Shown: piece by piece, positions 58,575 to 64,000 of the stretch
Numbering within the stretch: the stretch's first letter is position 1
How the letters are laid out: every line of letters begins with the position of its first letter
Assembly (NCBI GenBank): GCA_028712175.1
Contig: JAQTQQ010000002.1
Location: 40,405 to 104,404, forward strand
Source: Candidatus Omnitrophota bacterium
GTDB lineage: Bacteria > Omnitrophota > Gorgyraeia > Gygaellales > Profunditerraquicolaceae
Length of the DNA: 64,000 nt
Direction of reading: 5' to 3'
Made by a program: the position numbers and the translations under genes
Notes under the pieces: generated by a model
Told to the model about the DNA's origin: nothing
Seen by the model: the letters and a program-made list of their open reading frames with translations, nothing else
The model's database searches: none

Positions 58575-59592
58575 GTTTCAGCCTCAATTGCCCGCAAGCA
58601 GCATCAATATCCTGCCCGCGCTCCTTCCTTAAGGTAACATTAATCCCGGCCTTAAACAAACATTCTTTAAAAGAATTTACCTCCTCTTGAGAAGGAGGAA
58701 AAATCTTTAGTTCGAAAACAGGATTTGCCGGGATCAAATTGACTTTTGCCAGCTTTAAATCTTTTAAAAGCATAACTAATTTTTGCGCATAAACAAGGCC
58801 GGAATTAATACCTTTGATTAGAATATACTCAAAAGTTATCTGGCGGTTAGTTTTAGCAGTATACTCATGGCAGCATTTTATTAATGCCGCTAAAGGGTAT
58901 TTTTTATTCACCGGCATAAGGCGGCTACGCGTCTGGTCATCGGGAGCATGCAGGGATATAGAAAGTTCGATCTGCAGGTCTTCGGAATTAAGCCTCTCTA
59001 TGCCCGGGATGATCCCGCAAGTTGAAATAGTAATCCGCCTTGCTCCGATATTAAAAGCAACCGGAGAATTAATTATGCGGATTGCCTCCAGCACATTATC
59101 ATAATTATCCAGCGGCTCACCCGTACCCATAAATACAATATGGGTAAGCTGGTTAACTTTGGCATTATTCTTTAAGTATAAAACTTCATCGAGAATTTCT
59201 CCTTTAGTCAAATTTCGTTTAAAACCTTTAAGGCCGCTGGCGCAGAAGTTACAGGAAAATTTACATCCTGCCTGCGATGAAATACATGCGGTCAGGCGGC
59301 TGGATACGGGAATACTCACAGCCTCGACAAGGTTTGCGTCCTTTAATTCAAAAAGAAATTTAGCTGTTTTGTCGCTTGATACCTGTAAATCCGCAAGCGC
59401 TGAACCCAGAATATAAAAATCAAGCGCCAAAGCATGCCTTAAAGAAACAGGCAGATTGCTCATGCTGCTAAATTCGCAAGCACCCTTCTGGTAAATCCAG
59501 TTAAATATAGCCTGAGCGTAATATTTATGGCTGCCCAAGTTAAGCAATTTATCCCGGAGTTCTTTTAAATTGAATTCTTTAATATCCTGCAT
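58561..59592 (-). CDS. rlmN: 23S rRNA/tRNA (adenine-C2)-methyltransferase RlmN (radical SAM)
   Basis: CKFSCNFCASG radical SAM motif and an RlmN-like length and sequence. Confidence 0.85.
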   Translation of the reverse strand: MQDIKEFNLKELRDKLLNLGSHKYYAQAIFNWIYQKGACEFSSMSNLPVSLRHALALDFYILGSALADLQVSSDKTAKFLFELKDANLVEAVSIPVSSRLTACISSQAGCKFSCNFCASGLKGFKRNLTKGEILDEVLYLKNNAKVNQLTHIVFMGTGEPLDNYDNVLEAIRIINSPVAFNIGARRITISTCGIIPGIERLNSEDLQIELSISLHAPDDQTRSRLMPVNKKYPLAALIKCCHEYTAKTNRQITFEYILIKGINSGLVYAQKLVMLLKDLKLAKVNLIPANPVFELKIFPPSQEEVNSFKECLFKAGINVTLRKERGQDIDAACGQLRLKHEKK

Positions 59593-59599
59593 TAAAAAG

Positions 59600-61102
59600 T
59601 TACTTTCTTAGCTGTTCTTTATCGATCTTACCGGTGCGGTTCTTGGGAAGTGCCGTGCAAAACTCAAAATAATGCGGAATTTTAAAATGCGCCAGATGCT
59701 GGCGTAAGAAAAAACGCAGGTCTTCTGCGGATAGGTCTCTTCCTTCCTTAACTACTAAAAATGCCTTGGGAACTTCGCCTCTTAATTTATCGGCCACGCC
59801 GATTACGGCAGCCTCGGCAATATCCGGATGTTTCTGCAAACTTGCCTCTACCTCCGGCTCAAAGACTATTTCCCCGCCTACCTTTATCATCTCTTTCTTT
59901 CTACCAACAATATAAAGAAACCCCTGCTCGTCAAATTTCCCCAGGTCCCCTGTATAAAACCAACCTTTGCGGATAGTTTCCTGCGTCAATTTCTCATCTT
60001 TAAAATATCCTTCGCAAACTACCCAGCTTTTTACGGCTACTTCTCCAATCCCTCCGCAAGGAACCTGTTCGCCATTATTCGAAAATATTTTAACCTCTAT
60101 CCACGGCGCAGGCAACCCTACGCTTTCGATTTTACTTGAGCCCATAGGTAAAACTACGGTCGGGGCATTTGTTTCGGTCAGGCCCCAGCCATTTAAAAGG
60201 TGTGCCTTGGGGCAAAACTGATGAAATCTGCGTAAAGCTTCAGGCGAGCTTGAGGCGCCAAAGGTAACAATCCAACGCAGGCTGGACAGGTCAAATGTTT
60301 CAAACTCTTTCAATTGCAGCAGCGCATAATACATCGAAGGAACAATCCAAAAGAAATTAACCTTATAATTTTGCACGTTCTTAAGAAAATCCAAAGGCAT
60401 AAAACGTTCCATTAAGACCATGGTCAGGCCGAAGGTAATTGTATTCTGAATATAGATTAGGCCGCCTAAATGCGAAAAAGGTAATGCGCAAAGAGTGGTA
60501 TCTTTTGCGCTTAAATCTGAATTTACAAAAAATGCCATAGACTTAGGAGGCGCGTCAAGCTGGGCATAATTAATTAAAACCCCTTTGGGCTTTCCGGTAG
60601 TCCCGGAGGTATAAAAAATTATGGCATGGTCTTTTTCCTTAATCTCTGCCTTAAGAGGCTGATTCCACCCGGCGTTCAATAACTCTTCAAAATTTAAAGC
60701 GCCTTCTTCTTTAGAATGGCAGGCAATGATATTCTCCAAAAGCGGCAACTCTGCCTTAAGGCGAGTTAATGAAATACTGGCCTTATGTTTGGTAATCAAA
60801 ACATGAGCTTCGGAGTGAGAAAGGCATGAAATGATCTCCTCTTCGGTGAGCATAAAATCCAAGGGCACACAACATGCGCCGATAGACCAGCCGGCCAAAT
60901 AACTGAAAATATATTCCGGACAGCCGGGAAGATAAAGCGCAACCTTATCCCCGGGTTTTACCCCCAGCTTAAGCAATGCCCGGCTAAGAGAAAATACTTT
61001 ATCCTTAAGCTGGCTGAAAGAAATCTTTTCCTGACGGAAGATAATCGCGGGCTTTTGTCCATACTCTTTTGCGTTTTTCTCCAAAACTTCAACTACATTC
61101 AT
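59600..61102 (-). CDS. AMP-dependent acyl-CoA synthetase/ligase
   Basis: YTSGTTGKPKG AMP-binding motif, and a C-terminal PKNRTGKIDK. Confidence 0.85.
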   Translation of the reverse strand: MNVVEVLEKNAKEYGQKPAIIFRQEKISFSQLKDKVFSLSRALLKLGVKPGDKVALYLPGCPEYIFSYLAGWSIGACCVPLDFMLTEEEIISCLSHSEAHVLITKHKASISLTRLKAELPLLENIIACHSKEEGALNFEELLNAGWNQPLKAEIKEKDHAIIFYTSGTTGKPKGVLINYAQLDAPPKSMAFFVNSDLSAKDTTLCALPFSHLGGLIYIQNTITFGLTMVLMERFMPLDFLKNVQNYKVNFFWIVPSMYYALLQLKEFETFDLSSLRWIVTFGASSSPEALRRFHQFCPKAHLLNGWGLTETNAPTVVLPMGSSKIESVGLPAPWIEVKIFSNNGEQVPCGGIGEVAVKSWVVCEGYFKDEKLTQETIRKGWFYTGDLGKFDEQGFLYIVGRKKEMIKVGGEIVFEPEVEASLQKHPDIAEAAVIGVADKLRGEVPKAFLVVKEGRDLSAEDLRFFLRQHLAHFKIPHYFEFCTALPKNRTGKIDKEQLRK

Positions 61103-61177
61103 CTTACCCCCCTCCTTATGAATTAATTTTAGCCCCTCTGCCTGCGGCTAAAACTAAAAGGAAAATGCCAGGTTCGT

Positions 61178-62665
61178 TTAAAATCCATACCAATAATTAA
61201 CCAGAGGTTTTCCTCCGTCGGACTGATCGATTATCACGCTTTTAAAACGGACATACTCCAAAAACCCTTGACGGCCGAGTTCCTTGCCAAATCCGCTCTG
61301 CTTAAAACCTCCGTAAGGAAGCTGGTTGTAGAACATGCCATAGGTATTAATCCAGACAACTCCTGCGTTTAGCCTTCCGGCTAACTCCTGCGCCAGGAAT
61401 AAATCTTTACTCCAAATGCAGGCAGCTAAACCAAAATCAATACTGTTAGCTAAAGCCACTGCCTCATCGCTGCCTGAAAACTTATGGATTAAAACTACCG
61501 GGCCGAAAACTTCTTCCTTAAATATATGCGAATGCGCCCCTACATCGACTAAGACCGTAGGTTCAAAAAAATAACCGTTTTTTAGCTCCGCTTTATCGGG
61601 AATTTTGCCTCCGCAGAGAACCTTGGCTCCTTCGGCTTTTGCTTTTTCGATATAGCCGATCACCTTTTTGCGCTGCGCATCGCTGATTAACGGGCCCATC
61701 TGGGTTTGGTAATCATCTGCCAGGCCCAATTTTATACGCTTCGCCTTTTCTATAAAACTATCTAGGAATTTATCGTAAATATCCTCCTGCACAAAAATCC
61801 GCGACATTGCCGTACACATCTGTCCTTGGTTTAAAAAAATTGAAACCAGTGAACCGTTTACTGCAGTATCTAAATCAACATCATCAAATATCAAGCTGGC
61901 AGATTTGCCTCCGAGCTCCATAATCGATTTCTTTACGTTTTTAGAAGAATATTGCAGAATTTGTTTGCCTATTTCATTGCTGCCGGTAAATGAAATCATG
62001 TCTACCCGTTTATCGGCACAAAGCGCCTCTCCGATCTTTGAGCCGCTTGCGTTAATGATATTGACTACCCCTGCGGGCAAACCGGAATTATGAATAATCT
62101 TTGCCAGCTCTAAAACTGTAACCGGGGTAAGGCTTGATGGCTTAAGGATCACCACGTTGCCGGCGGCTAATGCCTGGGCTAATTTCCAACAGGCGATCAA
62201 AAGAGGATAATTCCATGGGATAATTAAAACCACGACCCCCATAGGCTCGCTAAGCACTTTTCCCTTTGCTTCATTCGAAATACTAAATTCTTCATCCTGC
62301 AAATAATCAATAAAATTATTTGCTATAGACTCAAAAGCCTTGGCGCTTGAAGGGATATCCATAAAAGTAGTTTCTTTTATCGGCTTGCCAGCATTCTGCA
62401 TCTCTAACTGCGCTAAGCTTGCGGCATTATCCAAAATACCTTGGGCTATTTTTAAAATAAACTCTTTACGCTGAAGATGAGAAAATTGCGGCCAGGGGCC
62501 TTGGTCGGATGCCGCTCTTGCGCTAGCTATTGCTAACTCAGCTTCTTTTTCCGAAGCAAGGCAGGCTTCGGCAATTACTTTTCCCGTAGACGGATTAATA
62601 ATATTCTGCTTATCCGCGGTTTCGATGAATTGACCGTTTATATAAAGCGGGCATTTTATGCTCAT
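61178..62665 (-). CDS. NAD(P)-dependent aldehyde dehydrogenase
   Basis: ELGGKS, the catalytic Cys context FLNQGQMCTAMSR, and the EEVFGPV motif. Confidence 0.85.
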   Translation of the reverse strand: MSIKCPLYINGQFIETADKQNIINPSTGKVIAEACLASEKEAELAIASARAASDQGPWPQFSHLQRKEFILKIAQGILDNAASLAQLEMQNAGKPIKETTFMDIPSSAKAFESIANNFIDYLQDEEFSISNEAKGKVLSEPMGVVVLIIPWNYPLLIACWKLAQALAAGNVVILKPSSLTPVTVLELAKIIHNSGLPAGVVNIINASGSKIGEALCADKRVDMISFTGSNEIGKQILQYSSKNVKKSIMELGGKSASLIFDDVDLDTAVNGSLVSIFLNQGQMCTAMSRIFVQEDIYDKFLDSFIEKAKRIKLGLADDYQTQMGPLISDAQRKKVIGYIEKAKAEGAKVLCGGKIPDKAELKNGYFFEPTVLVDVGAHSHIFKEEVFGPVVLIHKFSGSDEAVALANSIDFGLAACIWSKDLFLAQELAGRLNAGVVWINTYGMFYNQLPYGGFKQSGFGKELGRQGFLEYVRFKSVIIDQSDGGKPLVNYWYGF

Positions 62666-63660
62666 TTAATCTTTACCTCTTTAAACAAAGCGAACAGGCG
62701 GTTAAACGGGACATACCATCTGGATAGCTGGCCTAATTGGCCGCTTAACTTCATTTTGCCCTGGGTGACTGCCACGAAAGAATCAAGGCGCCCTAAAAAC
62801 ACTTCTTTCCATACAATAGCAGGAGCTGAAATAACAAAAGGGGCATCGCTGTCTGTATCTAATCCCACAATTTTTCCTTTTTCAAAAATAAATTTAAAAA
62901 CATCATCGCTGTTATCCAGCTTAATTGCAAGCTTCAAAGTCAAATCCAGCTCTTTGCCTTTTTGGGCGATAAATTCATCCTTGTTGACTAAATCAACGAT
63001 TGCCTGGATATGCTCCCGGCTAAACATAACATAGGATGCATTATTGCGTTTTAAATCATTTTTTAAAGCAAGATCCAGATCATCCAGGATTCCTTTATCA
63101 AACAGCCGGCCGATAGCTGCGCTTTTGACCGCTTCCTCCAGTGCTTCGGTAATGCTTAAAGCATCTTCAAACTTATCGGCAATTGCTACCGTCCCGTGGT
63201 TCTTTAAGACAACCAGATTATTTGTTTTTAAGGCAGCGATAACACCGGCAGGATCGGTAACCGTTGGAGTCTCCTGTGGAATCACGGGAATATCCCCGAG
63301 ATAGAATTTGGTCTCAAAACTCATCGCCTTAAGTGATTTAGCGACGGCAAAATACCCGTTAATTAACGGTGGGTGGCAATGCACAACGGCCCTCGCGGGG
63401 AAATTTTTATAAACCAAGCTGTGTAAAGCAATCTCTGAGCTTGGTTTTAGCTCTCCTTCAAACTTATTATCCCCTAAATTTACTTTAACTATGTCGCTTT
63501 CTTTTAATTGGCCCAAAAACGTACCCGTGCCTGTAATGAGTATATTCTCATTGTCAATACGCCGGCTTAAATTACCTGACTTAGCTACAGCAAGCCCTGC
63601 GCAATAGAGCCTTCTGCCTACCTCAATAATTTCTAATCTTATTTCTTGTTCTGTCATCAT
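62662..63660 (-). CDS. class II aldolase/adducin-family protein (MtnB/Ald2-like) fused to a C-terminal SCP2 sterol-carrier domain
   Basis: N-terminal class II aldolase fold (HCHPP metal-ligand region; GTGTF...NHGTVAIA). The C-terminal ~110 aa end in an SCP2-like KMKLSGQLGQLSRW. Confidence 0.65.
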   Translation of the reverse strand: MMTEQEIRLEIIEVGRRLYCAGLAVAKSGNLSRRIDNENILITGTGTFLGQLKESDIVKVNLGDNKFEGELKPSSEIALHSLVYKNFPARAVVHCHPPLINGYFAVAKSLKAMSFETKFYLGDIPVIPQETPTVTDPAGVIAALKTNNLVVLKNHGTVAIADKFEDALSITEALEEAVKSAAIGRLFDKGILDDLDLALKNDLKRNNASYVMFSREHIQAIVDLVNKDEFIAQKGKELDLTLKLAIKLDNSDDVFKFIFEKGKIVGLDTDSDAPFVISAPAIVWKEVFLGRLDSFVAVTQGKMKLSGQLGQLSRWYVPFNRLFALFKEVKIK

Positions 63661-64000
63661 ACCCCCATATAAATGTGTTTGGTAATTAATTTTGCCGGAG
63701 TAACATCAAAAGCAGGATAGTATGCCTTGGCCTCTTTGGGCGCAAGAGCCAACCCCCGATAAATCTTTAATTCATTATCCGGACGGATTTCAATTTTTAT
63801 CTGCTTGCCGTTTTTCAGCTTTGAGGCGGGCGGGCATATCACATAAAAAGGTATTTTAAAATACCGGGCAACTACCGCGATCTGGTAAGTACCAATCTTG
63901 TTTGCGATATCGCCGTTTAAGGTCAAATGGTCTGCTCCGACAATAATCTTGGTTACCACTCCTTTTGATAACAAATAGGCTACCATGTTATCGGTGATAA
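63657..64000 (-). CDS. mtnA: S-methyl-5-thioribose-1-phosphate isomerase (MtnA / eIF-2B family). The 5' part lies beyond the window.
   Basis: The C-terminal region IIVGADHLTLNGDIANKIGTYQIAVVARYFKIPFYV matches MtnA (GADRIAANGDTANKIGTY). The reading frame stays open to the window edge upstream of the track's Met. Confidence 0.75.
   Translation of the reverse strand, partial: ITDNMVAYLLSKGVVTKIIVGADHLTLNGDIANKIGTYQIAVVARYFKIPFYVICPPASKLKNGKQIKIEIRPDNELKIYRGLALAPKEAKAYYPAFDVTPAKLITKHIYMGV

Noticed and set aside
59761-60221. Three plus-strand ORFs (71, 103 and 84 aa) inside the acyl-CoA ligase
   Set aside because: They are antisense shadows of a gene with an unambiguous AMP-binding motif.
61125-61150. 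8-bp hairpin between the aldehyde dehydrogenase and the acyl-CoA ligase as a terminator
   Set aside because: The stem is AT-rich and the loop is 11 nt, with only a weak U-rich tail. It is not convincing enough to split the proposed operon.
1-64000. CRISPR arrays, transposases, integrases, phage genes, toxin-antitoxin or other defence systems
   Set aside because: Scanned both strands. No direct-repeat/spacer arrays and no DDE or tyrosine-recombinase-like ORFs were found. Every sizeable ORF is accounted for by housekeeping or envelope functions.

Overview
This 64 kb window is a gene-dense chromosomal segment (about 40% GC, standard genetic code, UGA used as a stop codon) from what looks like an anaerobic diderm (outer-membrane-bearing) bacterium. 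Three things point to anaerobic, diderm biology: LPS and outer-membrane genes (lptE-like, lpxL-like, lnt, TonB-dependent receptor); type IV pilus and competence genes (pilT, comEC, comEA); and an anaerobe-style oxygen/NO detoxification cluster (glutaredoxin-like, flavodiiron protein, FNR-like reductase, rubredoxin, superoxide reductase, hybrid-cluster protein, ferredoxin, Rrf2 regulator). Almost every gene is on the minus strand, and there are many 1-16 nt overlaps between adjacent genes. No transposase, integrase, CRISPR array, toxin-antitoxin or recognisable defence system was seen. It is core genome, not an obvious accessory island.

Features supported directly from the sequence:
- About 75 coding sequences.
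- Two tRNAs: tRNA-Ala(GGC) on the minus strand and tRNA-Leu(CAA) on the plus strand.
- prfB carrying the classic programmed +1 frameshift site (CUU UGA C). Its 24-aa first reading frame is missing from the ORF track.
- Two genes below the ORF-track length cutoff: a 53-aa rubredoxin and a 58-aa zinc-ribbon protein.
- Several sigma70-like promoters and intrinsic terminators.

The most notable observations:
1. A tightly coupled operon of mtnA, a class II aldolase fused to an SCP2 domain, an aldehyde dehydrogenase and an acyl-CoA ligase. I read this as a possible oxidative variant of the anaerobic MTA 'DHAP shunt'.
2. A 2-nt-spaced pair of a radical SAM enzyme (AmmeMemoRadiSam/PFL-AE-like) and a PP-loop ATPase carrying Cys motifs.
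3. A ZIP-family metal transporter broken by two same-direction single-base frameshifts about 40 nt apart, both in homopolymer runs.
4. A palindromic operator overlapping a near-consensus promoter upstream of the rrf2-hcp operon.
5. A roughly 29-nt near-identical repeat at the stop codons of two unrelated minus-strand genes. One copy forms the outer arm of a nested double-hairpin terminator.
6. An apparently leaderless nfo mRNA.
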